From contig OZ320321.1 in the NCBI GenBank assembly GCA_976226885.1, positions 73,842,001-73,906,000 of the forward strand: a stretch of 64,000 nt of DNA, in the 5' to 3' direction. This DNA comes from Iphione sp. A-MEVVRFRX5. Taxonomy: Eukaryota. The notes under the pieces were generated by a model that saw nothing but the letters and a program-made list of their open reading frames with translations, was not told the DNA's origin and ran no database searches. Position 1 is the first letter of the stretch. Every line of letters starts with the position of its first letter. Shown piece after piece: positions 12,260 through 23,197 of the stretch. Position numbers and translations under genes: made by a program.

Positions 12260-13790
12260 TGTGGTATGCTTCTTGGTTGTGTATGATCTGGTTGTCTCTC
12301 TGTTGGTCATATTTCCAGATTCTGTACTTCCTTGTTTTTACATTTGTTGATGCTCGTTTTCTTTTGTCATTCGGGTCATATCTGGTCTGTGATGTTAATG
12401 TTCCAGTTCATATTATCTGTGTGGATATTTTCTGGTTGATTTTTGGTGATGAAAATATATTTTGTTTGAAGCCTCATATATGGGTATGTTGTCGTTGGGA
12501 TAACCCCCTCACCTGGATTTGATTTAGCTTTATTGAAGCTGTTGGTTAAGAAATCGCTGGTATGCTCTTTCATTTGTATTGGATGTACAGGGGAATACTG
12601 TAACAAGGTGTTAGCATCTGCGGTCTCAGTGTAGAGAAAACTGGAGTTACCCAATTCGCTGATTGTCACAGGGCTGTCTGATTACTCTCTGTGGATGTCA
12701 CAGGGCTGTCTGTCACTATTATGGACATAGGGCAGCCACAGATGGCCCCGTGACAGTCATAGGCAGCCCAGTGCAGACATGGCCAGCCCCATGCCACAGA
12801 GACACAGGGACCATAACAGCAACGAACAGTCCTGTGACAGTCGCAGACAGCACCATAATGACCACAGATGGCCCTGTACAAGCCATGGCCAGTCCCATAC
12901 CAGCCATGGCCAGCCCCATGCCAGCCATGGCCACCCCAATTATTGATACAGGGACCATGACAGCAACAGATGGTCCTGTGACAGTCACAGACAGCACCAT
13001 AATGACCACAGATGGCCCTGTACAAGCCATGGCCAGTCCCATACCAGCCATTGCCAGCCCCATGCCAGCCATGGCCACCCCCATTATTGATACAGGGACC
13101 ATGACAGCAACAAATGGTCCTGTGACAGTCAGACAGCACCATAATGACCACAGATGGCGCTGTACCAACCATGGCCAGTCCCATACTAGCCATTGCCATC
13201 CCCATGCCCATCATGGCCAGCCACACCATGAACAAAGGGACCGTGACAACAACAGGCAGTCCTATGATGGTCATATCTGTTGTCTCAGTGTAAAGAGAAC
13301 TGGAATTACACAATTCACTGATTTATATAACGGCATCTAGGTATTGTACTGACTCGTTCGAGACTTCCTCAGTGAATTTTATGCAAGTTTTGTGCGAAAG
13401 TATGAAAATGTCAATAAAAGCGTACATATATGCTTAGTTGAAACGGGCCAACGGGTATGTGTCGAAATGAATCTCCTCAAAATGTCCCAAGATGATGCTG
13501 GCAGGTGGTATCCACACCTCCATTGCTGTCCCCTCCTATTTGTGAGTAAGTTTTCCATGATGGTCTCTCCTAATTTGAGATCATGACCTCCCTAGTGTGT
13601 TAAGGTGGAGGAGGTAGTAAATAGGCATAGAGATATGGGGGAGCAGTGTCTGTGTGGATCCTTATTACCTGCCCAATGATCTCTGTGATCGTCCCCTCTT
13701 GTTGGTCCTCTAGTCTAAATGTTCAATACGTGGTTATGCTTCCTTCTCTGCTGGCTAGCGAGTGTCTGACAGCCAGATACCTTCAACCCT
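12260..13790 (-). mobile_element. Degraded Penelope-like element RT remnant
   Basis: Frameshifted minus-strand motifs YSQIGGTAM..GHFEE, YVRFID(D)IF, IKFTEEVSNESVQYLD and SLYTETAD..LLQYSPVHP match PLE RT motifs (Q..GTAMG, RYIDD, IKFT.E....FLD, LY.KPTD...S.HP). Confidence 0.75.
12700..13250. repeat. 144-bp tandem repeat built from ~21-bp subunits, inside the Penelope remnant
   Basis: ga(c/t)acagggacc recurs at 12801, 12945 and 13089. Confidence 0.9.
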
Positions 13791-13809
13791 TTTATATATT
13801 ATTAATCCC

Positions 13810-15062
13810 CCTCTATTATGTTTAGACCGTGTGGTGAAATGCACCATGAGGTGAAATGGTTCTTAACTTCCCCATCCATTATGTTTAGACCATGTGGTGA
13901 AATCCACCATGTGGTGAAATGGTCCTTAACTTCCCCATCCATTGTTTAGACCATGTGGTGAAATGCACCATGTGGTGAAATGGTCCTTAACTTCCCCATT
14001 CATTGTATAGACCATGTGTTGAAATGCACCATGTGGTGAAATGGTCCTTAACTTCCCCATCCATTATGTTTAGACCATGTGGTGAAATGGTCCTTAACTT
14101 CCCCATCCATTATGTGTAGACGATGTGGTGAAATGCACCGTGTGGTGAAATGGTCCTTAACTTCCCCATCCATTATGTTTAGACCATGTGGTGAAATGTA
14201 CCATGTGGTGAAATGGTCCTTAACTTCCCCATCCATTATGTGTAGACGATGTGGTGAAATGCACCGTGTGGTGAAATGGTCCTTAACTTCCCCATCCATT
14301 ATGTTTAGACCATGTGGTGAAATGCACCATGTGGTGAAATGGTTCTTAACTTCCCCATCCATTATGTTTAGACCGTGTGGTGAAATGTACCATGTGGTGA
14401 AATGGTCCTTAACTTCCCCATCCATTATGTGTAGACGATGTGGTGAAATGCACCGTGTGGTGAAATGGTCCTTAACTTCCCCATCCATTATGTTTAGACC
14501 ATGTGGTGAAATGCACCATGTGGTGAAATGGTTCTTAACTTCCCCATCCATTATGTTTAGACCATGTGGTGAAATGTACCATGAGGTGAAATGGTTCTTA
14601 ACTTCCCCCTGTATTATGTTAAGACTGTGTGGTGAAATGGTTCTTAACTTCCCCATCCATTATGTTTAGACCATGTGGTGAAATGCACCATGTGGTGAAA
14701 TGGTCCATAACTTCCCCATTCATTGTATAGACCATGTGTTGAAATGCACCATGTGGTGAAATGGTTCTTAACTTCCCCATCCATTATGTTTAGACCATGT
14801 GGGGAAATGCACTGTGGTGAAATGGTCCTTAACTTCCCCATCCATTATGTTTAGACCATGTGAAATGCACCATGTGGTGAAATGGTCCTTAACTTCCCCA
14901 TCCATTATGTTTAGACCGTGTGGTGAAATGTACCATGTGGTGAAATGGGTCTTAACTTCCCCATCCATTATGTTTAGACCATGTGGTGAAATGCACCATG
15001 TGGTGAAATGGTTCTTAACTTCCCCCTCTATTATGTTTAGACCGTGTGGTCAAATTTACCAT
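13810..15062. repeat. 63-bp minisatellite, ~20 copies
   Basis: Unit ccatgtggtgaaatgcaccatgtggtgaaatggtccttaacttccccatccattatgtttaga; no unique spacers. Confidence 0.97.
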
Positions 15063-15099
15063 ATGGTCAAATGGTTCTCAACTGGTATAGTGCCTTGTA

Positions 15100-15352
15100 T
15101 AGGCATAGATGTTCTCATAGGTCACAAATTCCTCCAAAAATGAGTATTTGGTCATATACGTATAGGTTATCAGAGTGGTCTCATTTTCTGTAGCCTATTC
15201 GGATTTCCTCCAGGGATGCATTCAACCTGGTATACAGTGTCGTCCCTCTTGTAGTTATTGATACGACTTAGAAGGTGGCACCCCCTGGAGTCACTGACAA
15301 TTAGTACACTTCTTGGATTAAGGTGCACTACGTTCTCTTTGGCAGCATAGTC
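15100..15352 (-). pseudogene. Element D: SGNH-like ORF, N-terminal remnant
   Basis: DYAAKENVVHLNPRSVLIVSDSRG ... VECIPGG ... YDQILIFGGICDL across frameshifts; cut off near the 63-bp array. Confidence 0.6.
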
Positions 15353-15402
15353 CTAGAATAGACAAGAAACCTTAAAAGTTGACTGTAATTTTATGAGGTA
15401 TT

Positions 15403-16420
15403 TACTGTATTAATTTATCCCTAATTTCAACTAGCAATTTCCCAAGAGGATTGGTACCTGGTGATCCATTTTTCCTGTGATCAATTCCTTGTAGGTGGTA
15501 CCCGTGCCTAAATTACCATCTCTGTCACTGTACACTATAGATCTGACCCCTGTGTCTGCTAGTACAGCCAATGACCCAGGCTTCTGTCCGAATTTTACCT
15601 GAAGTATGCTTCTCATTGTGGCTTAAATCACGAGCCCATTTGTCATTACTTCCTAGTACAGCACTGATCTCGTCAATGTTCTCTTCTGAGTGGTTACATA
15701 AGAGTAATTCACCCAGGTCACTACGGTTCAGTGATTTGGCCTTGCAATAGGAAACACACCGCTTAATTGAGACAGTCGTCAAAGTTAAAAGTGACATGGG
15801 GCTGTGGTGGAAAAATTGCTTTTTTGTTTGGTAGGAACAAGCTTAAGTTAGATAAATGCCCCTGGGGTGCTTATATAGCTGATTTATAGTGTATGCATTG
15901 GCTATCAATGACTATGTAAAGGCCATACACTGTAGCTTTATGATTTTTTGCTCTTGCCAATTGGGCAATTAATTGAAGCTCGTGTTGAATTTTCTGGGCC
16001 TGTGAGGGTAGATCTTCATTGACCCATTATTTCTTCAGCAGATTTCTATTTTTGTAAATTTGGTCTCTTTTCCAGTTGTTTCGAACTACAATAAATGAAG
16101 ATTTATCTGTTTTTCTGATTTCAGTCATGTCATCCTCAGATATATCAGGGCTAATGGTTCGTAGTAGCGAGAGAACATTATCAGTCAACTTTTCTTTTGT
16201 GGTCCTAAGTCCAGAGATAATGAGGTTATACCTTCTCGCTTGGACTTCCTCAATGAGTCTCCTGTCTGATAGTAGTTGTAGTTCAGATTTTATTTTGCTA
16301 ACCTCAGTGCTCAGTTGTCTTTTTTCATTCAGGGGTGACGCCACACAGTGACAGCCCATCAGTCCCAACTGATGCACGAGTCCCTCTGCTATAATGTGAA
16401 TCATCACCTAACTTCATTTG
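15403..16420 (-). pseudogene. Element D: LINE-type ORF1 remnant (coiled coil, RRM-like, CTD, NADAR)
   Basis: RRYNLIISGL..WVNEDLPSQAQK (ORF1 RRM/CTD) followed by YCKAK...KFGQKP..LADTGVRSIVYSDRD..G and GTNPLGKLLVEIRDKL (NADAR C-terminal signature); stops and frameshifts present. Confidence 0.75.
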
Positions 16421-16819
16421 ATGATGACTGACAGGTAGTAAATAACCTTTGGCCCTTGTCGGCTCAGTTCCCTTTGGATGATTGTCATACAGTTTGTATG
16501 AAGACCAATCCTGATGTAGATGTCATACGAGTGCAGGTATGGTGCCAGTATTTTTTTGTTTAGAAACATTATTTATCCTCTGGTGATCAGTACAGACGTT
16601 GTACATAGTGACCAGGCTACATATTGTATATACAACGATGATAGATGACATTGATGAAAATGGCATTTTGCATAGCATTCTGATTCTATATTATGTAAAC
16701 TGATTATGAGCCTATGGATACATACATGCTATAGCATACTTTTGCCATTACATTCCGAGCATCTCTATGTAAGCACATGTTTCTTCCTCTGACATATCTA
16801 ATATACCACAGTTTTAATT

Positions 16820-17060
16820 TAGCAGTAATATAATAGTTAAATTGTTTCTTGGCCTTTATGAAATCTTCTCTTGTTTCGTGATACGGCTCCTTTTACTGAT
16901 TTTTTTCCAGACACTGGTTATCAAACCATGGGACCTTCAAAATATTCTATACTGACAGTGTCTTATTCTTTAGTAAAATAGGTCCATTTTGTTTCATTAT
17001 TAATGTTCACTGAACATTTTCTCCCAATTCTGTTTAATAAATTTTCAAACTGTCAACATT
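16820..17060 (-). mobile_element. LINE ORF2 linker fragment
   Basis: KWTYF...VPWFDNQC resembles the PWFD.EC linker between APE and RT. Confidence 0.4.
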
Positions 17061-18039
17061 TTCTGCACCAGCTGCGCCCTTCCACATGGGCAGAAGCCCG
17101 CCTGGTGTGCCTGTGGCACAGTCACTGTTTGAGGAAGGTTTTCAGGAAAAGCTATGCTTAAAAGTTGCTCCTCCTCAACCACATCTTGCACATTCTGTTC
17201 CTCCTTGGGGGGAGAACGTACCAAAGGCTGCCTGCAGTGCACCATCACAATTTCTGAAATAAAAAATGTGCTCCTCCCCAAGGCAAAACCTTACACAAAG
17301 CCTAAATCTGACCCTCTTGGTCAGAGAAGGACTTAAATTTTGATCATTCGACCCAGTTGCAGTAGAAGAGAAGGAAACCTTGTGGTGTTTGTGTAGTGCC
17401 TGTTCCCAGGTCAGTGTGTGCATCAACGATTTGAACTTGTGACCTTTCCATAACATGTGCTCCTTGTAGCACAGTCCTAGTCGAATGAAGTCATCATAGT
17501 CGATACAAGTACCCCCAATTGGTGTGTTGTATACATGTACCTAATACATATATGTGTGAAGGTATGGACCATTGCCCTCTCTCATACTACAGGCGATGTA
17601 AGCGGCCAGCTGCATATCGGGCCCAGCTCACCTCCTCTGAGCAGACTGAAGACCGCTGACCTCCTCCTCCTCCTCCTCCTCCTCCTCCTCCTCACCCACC
17701 TCTTCAATAAGTATGGTCCATTCAGGCTCTGAGAGACCCACCTCTAGTTAACCCTCAGCCTCAGGATCTCAAAATGCCACAGCAAATACAAGGAAGCAAG
17801 CATATAAAGACGTTTTCCAAAACACAACCCCTGCAAGTTATAAAAAGAATGCCTCAGGTCTGACTAGTGGTGGTAGTAGAGTGAAGGTACCCTTCAAAGG
17901 AGGGAAGGGAGTGACTCAACAAGGTTGCAGGCCTTCTCCTGAAAAAAATACAATGTTCACACAGGATGTTTGCTCTTCCTGCCCAAACTAAAAGCAGACT
18001 TGGACCTGGTATTGCCAGATCCTGGAACTCATTTACAAT

Positions 18040-18560
18040 CCCACTCCAAACAGAAAAAATAAATTGACTAACATAAAAATAACGAAAATATTAGTGGGCA
18101 GGAAAAGAAAGTTCTGGCATTTGAAACCTAATATTCTTACATTAAGTTTTTCTAGGATGCACTTTCTGAAATTTGAGTGTCTTCCCTTTTTAAACTGAAT
18201 ATCCACTGACAATATCCCTTCATTTTTCCCCATTAATTCAAGTATTCTTTAGGCGAACAACATTGTCCACCCATTTGCTTGACTAACGAGACTGTTTGCT
18301 CTATTTTGAGCTTTCTGATGTACAAAGTGTGAGTAAATGTTTTTTATCCCTTATTTGCACCAGAATACTAACTTTAATGATATCTAGGTACATGTACTCT
18401 CCATGACACCCTCCCTGTATTCTAATAATCCTAATCATCTTGCTATTTCTCTCTGGAAAACCTTTCCCAGACAGGCTAGTTTTGTAAATTGAGAGGAAGC
18501 TCTTAGTTATTTAAGGCCTCTTTCAGCATATTAACTATATTTTCCTATATTTAGGAGGCT
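18040..18560 (-). mobile_element. Highly degraded non-LTR reverse transcriptase fragment
   Basis: Residual RP.IT, GGC.E and NG....DIQFKKG motifs with many stops; clade not assignable. Confidence 0.4.
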
Positions 18561-18689
18561 GAAGGAGCTATTGAAGGTCCCTTCCCCTTCGTGTGGGCCC
18601 TGTTTGGTGTTGCTGGGGCTCTCGGGGAATGGCCCCTGTTTGGTGTTGCTGGGGCTTTCGGGGAATGGCCTCCTGACTTGGCCAGACTG

Positions 18690-21600
18690 TCTATGTGGAG
18701 CCAGTCCTGTTCAAAGAGCATTTAATTTGGTCATTTGAGCTTTTTACAAGCCTGGCAAACTGCCCTGGATGAGAGCTCAGTTCTTTCGCCACTTGGAATA
18801 GGGAGGCACTGCCTGCTTTCTTGGAATTGCCTTCTTGCAACTGCTCTGAGACTTTGCCTTGAAGGCACAACACAAATTCACACCTTTCATATGCAACAAT
18901 CTTCGAGATGGCCTTACTCTCATCCCATCTCTGTCTAGATCATCAAGCCATTGGGCATGCATGTTTGCCTTCGTTGCTGCCTCTAGGCTATTGTAGCCTA
19001 GCCACCATAACCTCTCAGCGTCTTCTGAGAGGTGGTCATCTGAGCTGGTCTGTAAGGTTTTGCAGTATTTATAAGGTGTAGTATAGGATGGGTTTTCCCT
19101 AAGGGTGGGAAACTTGATTAACACAGTGGAGAGAAGCTTTGAAGGTTGAAAAAAAGTAAATGCTTAGAACAAATATATTACATAGGAACAGTAAATAGTA
19201 GAAAGCATAGTTTTCATGTGAATATTATGGTTAATGAATGACTGTTGACTTCAATGACTGCAGTCTTCCTAATGCGCTTAAACTATCCAAATGGGACTGT
19301 TAATTCATTGTGCAAATGCCAGGCATAACATGCCTCTAAATGAATAAGGTCTTATACACCAATTAGATCTATTCTTCTATCAATTAATTGTTTGGTGAAG
19401 AGTGATAATAATGAGATTGGTCTGTAGTTGGTTAGGTCCAATGATGAACCAGCCTTGTGTAACGGAATTACTGTTGCCAATTTCCAATCAACTGGTAAGG
19501 ATGTAAATTTGATGGAGTTGAAGAGATGGGTCAGTTGGTCTATTGAATGTCTTTGCTACATCCTGTTTATTGAATTCATTTATTGTAAATTTATTTTGGC
19601 CATGTACCTCATTTGACGACGTACAACTGTAGCAGGAACTGAGTTCATTATGTTGAAACCACAAGTTGAGAAGTGCCTATTAAATACCTCCGATACTTGA
19701 GGTAGGTTATTACCTGTCTCATTGAGTGTAATTACTCCATTAGATTTCTTCTTTGAGCCTAGAATAGATAGGTGATGTTGGAGTATAGAACATTGAACAG
19801 ACTGTTCTTTTCTTTGAATTGCCTAATTGCATTATGTATATGTAGCTTGAGCCCAAATGAGTTCAGTAGTTCTGATAACTCTTTACTGTTTTTTTGTTCC
19901 CTTCAGTAAGTCAATATTCAAATTTCCAATCACAATAATTTCCTTTTTGCTATCAAAATTTTGTAAGACACCCTTGAGTTTGTAAAAAGCTCGGTATTGA
20001 TCTGTAGAAGTTTAGTAAAATTATTATTTCACACTTACCACTTTGTGTTACACTAGGCCACAAGTGCTCAGGCATTTCTTCCACGTATGTCCGGCATGGT
20101 AGGTCATGCATAGAGGTCTCCGTATCTAATGTGGCCAGTACAACCTGAGAGGAGGCAACCTGGAACTTATTGCCTTCAGAACGAATGATGCATTGCAACT
20201 CGTGATGCTTCAGCATCTGCTGCCAGTGATCGTGTATGTGCACCGACGTGGCAAGCTGGTGCAATGTGGGGCCAATATCAGGGGTGTTTTGTTCCTGCCT
20301 CAATTCCATCAAGGCGCAGCCTTGCCAAGTTCCTGCCTCAGCTGCATATAGACATATTGACATTGGCAGACATGGCAACAAGCATGCATCACCCAGGGGG
20401 TTGGGGAAGGGGTGAGTTAAGGTACGCAAATTGGCCACACCATTACACAAGGATGGGTACCCAAGCTATGTTACAAGTACTATGCATGTTACGAAACACT
20501 TAATTCCCATGCCAAAACTGAATTAGTCTGTTCATTACAAGATCTACGACTACATCCAATGCTACACTTGTATCACGACAACATGTTACACAACACAGCC
20601 AATCACTGAAAGTTTTACTCACTCTGAAATCACACCTGTACAGTTGCCAACCGAGGGTGGTGCATGTCAACTTATGTGCCCTTGGATGCTGCGCTCTCAG
20701 ATGCTGCCGGTGTCACTGTTATTAGTGGCATGGTTTGTGTTATGTCAGCGGGATCCTGAGTGGAAGCAACACATGCTGTGTCAAATATTTTTAGTAACAT
20801 GTGGTTGACAACTGCATAGCCCAATGCTGCACTTTTGCGTTCTTCTGCTCTGATTTGAACAGAAATTGCAGAGGCTTGTGATCCGTTCAAACAATAAATT
20901 TATGTCCGTACAATTACCCTTCCTTTTCAATAACGGGCCATCTCCATTGGTTATCACTTAGATGATCACTTAGATGAGGCAGTACTCTCTCCCACCCTCT
21001 CACCCTCTCATTTCTCACTCCCTCTACTCCACTTTGCCTGACACAGCTTTTTACATACTATCAGCTAGCGTGTCACCTATATAAAGTTACTTGGTTGTCA
21101 GGCACCTGATCCGACGAGATGCGCCATCACACATGTCCCACCCCACTGGTACCCCGCCACCAGAATCCACCACAAGTGGCGGTCCACCACTGCTCAGGCT
21201 GCCTTCACTGCTTCTGATCGCTGGTATGAGCTCACTCACACAGTCCCTCTACAACATGAAAAGCATGGAATGCTGACGTTATGGGCCACCTGTTACCCCT
21301 CTTCCCAACCCTTCTTCCCAATGTACCCATCACATAAAGGAGCAAAGTACAAAGTGGGAACCCTCATACTCACTTATCAGGCATCTACCCCCTTCCAGCA
21401 GAGGGGTGTCTTCTATGATTTCCGGGGTGTCCTCTACCCTTGTCCCTGCAAATATAAAAGACGAGAAACATCTTGTGAGCCCCTTTTCTAGTAATCTCTC
21501 CTCCTCCCCCTTTCTTTTTCTTGATTCCCCTCTCTTCCCTCCCTTTTCCACGACACTACCCAAAATACATTCAAGGTCTCCCACACCCCCCCACCTTGGT

Positions 21601-22299
21601 GGCCAACAACACCGGCCCTGTACTCTTACCTCCATCCCTGCCCAGCTCAATAAACTGGGTCACGTGGCTGACTGGAACTGTTATGACCTTGGTGCCACCT
21701 CTTGGCTCCCCCAGGCAGTACTCTCTCCCACCCTCTCACCCTCTCATTTCTCACTCCCTCTACTCCACTTTGCCTGACACAGCTCTTTACATACTATCAG
21801 CTAGCGTGTCACCTATATGAAGTTACTTGGTTGTCAGGCACCTGATCCGACGAGATGCGCTATCACACATGTCCCACCCCACTGGTACCCCGTGGTGGCG
21901 GTCCACCACTGCTCAGGCTGCCTTCACTGCTTCTGATCGCTGGTACGGGCTCACTCAAAGTGTCCCTCTACAACATGAAAAGTACGGAATGTTGAAGTTA
22001 TGGGCCACCCGTTACGCCTCTTCCCAACCCCTCTTCCTAATGTACCCATCACATGAAGGAGCAAAGTACAAAGTGGGAATCCTCATACTCACTTTTCAGG
22101 CGTCTACTCCCTTCCGGATCACCCCGGAGAGACCCCTCTGGGGTCTCCTCTATTTCATCCAGGGTCTCCTGAACCCTTGACTCTGCAAATATAAAAGACG
22201 AGAAACATCTTGTGAGCCCCACTTCTAGTACTCTCTCCTCTTCCACCTTTTTTTTCTTGATTCCCCTCTCTTCCCTCTTTTTCACGACACTATCCAAAA
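18690..22299. repeat. Copies of exon-like gene modules, including a 736-bp tandem duplication (~20980-22290)
   Basis: The same modules recur at 30740-33400, 34750-38585, 39440-40455, 41440-48450 and 60520-61900; ORFs at 21091 and 21827 are offset by 736 bp. This span also contains the separate RT fragment at 19110-19950. Confidence 0.8.
19110..19950 (-). mobile_element. CR1/L2-group RT fragment
   Basis: LTHLFNSI..LPVDWKLATVIPLHKAGSSLDLTNYRPISLLS. Confidence 0.8.
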
Positions 22300-23197
22300 A
22301 ATTGAATTGAATTGATTTGAATTGATTTTATTGTCTCTCTATATATCAAGTACAGAGGTGTCATTGACAATTTGTTTTAACAGCACTAGATGAGTTGAAT
22401 TAATTAAAAGAAAAATATTATCACACGTCCAGTTTGCAAAACATAAATTCCAAGTATGAAGTAACAAGATGTACAAACTGCTCTAGTTCGTTGTGATGAA
22501 TCATCGATCAAGGAGCACATATCAAAGCTTGTCCATGGTCCCATTTGACATACAGACTTTGAAAACATTTCATTACAGATAGTCAATCACAAAAACCTGT
22601 GAACCCAACTTGAATATCAGGGGTAACGCCTCCACCAACATAAATACAAGATAGATTACATAGGTAGTATATCAAGCCCATAGCAGTGCCAACTAGCTGA
22701 CGTCACACCACTGCATGAGTAGTGAGCACGTTTATAGTCGATCACCTGATTGTTGCTGGTAGAAGAGAAGAGCCTTAATTCAGGGCAGTCCACCCTGAAC
22801 CAATCTTGCACTCGACAGCATTACTACCACCCTAGATGTATAATAGTACATCCATTTACACCATAATCACACCAATGAGCACCCAGACTTCGTCTCGCAT
22901 AACCCTTTTTAATCAGAGTGCTCATTTCCCATGTGTGTCTACTGGTACATTAATGATTCATTTACTCAAATCACAGTCTTAGCATAAATGGCCGCACAAA
23001 CATAGGTATTATCAGGAATCAGGATCGGATCCACCGACTACACGTTTGTTCATGATATACCACAGTACACATACACAACCCATTAATGACAAGTACACAG
23101 TTTTTGTTTTTTGGACTATTGCTATTATGAGTTCTGGGGAGTATATCTATGCATACCATGTTCAAGTTTTACTTGCCATGCATGCACTTTTAACAGA

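Noticed and set aside
12663-13340. Mucin/antifreeze-like host gene
   Set aside because: Non-ATG start, frameshift near 13130, and position inside a Penelope RT remnant.
13810-15062. CRISPR-like array or repeat-protein ORFs (202 aa and 196 aa)
   Set aside because: Contiguous 63-bp units with no unique spacers and no cas genes; frames are open on both strands only because the unit is a stop-free multiple of three.
15525-15797. Penelope post-RT/GIY-YIG linker
   Set aside because: Neighbouring frames give NADAR motifs, so it is part of element D ORF1.
17045-17456. Zinc-knuckle or DIRS gag fragment
   Set aside because: Scattered Cys/His without a consistent spacing pattern; cannot be supported.
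18690-18900. R2/NeSL-type pre-RT region
   Set aside because: It matches the module exon copies at ~33500-33725 and ~35050-35220, so it belongs to the gene-like array.
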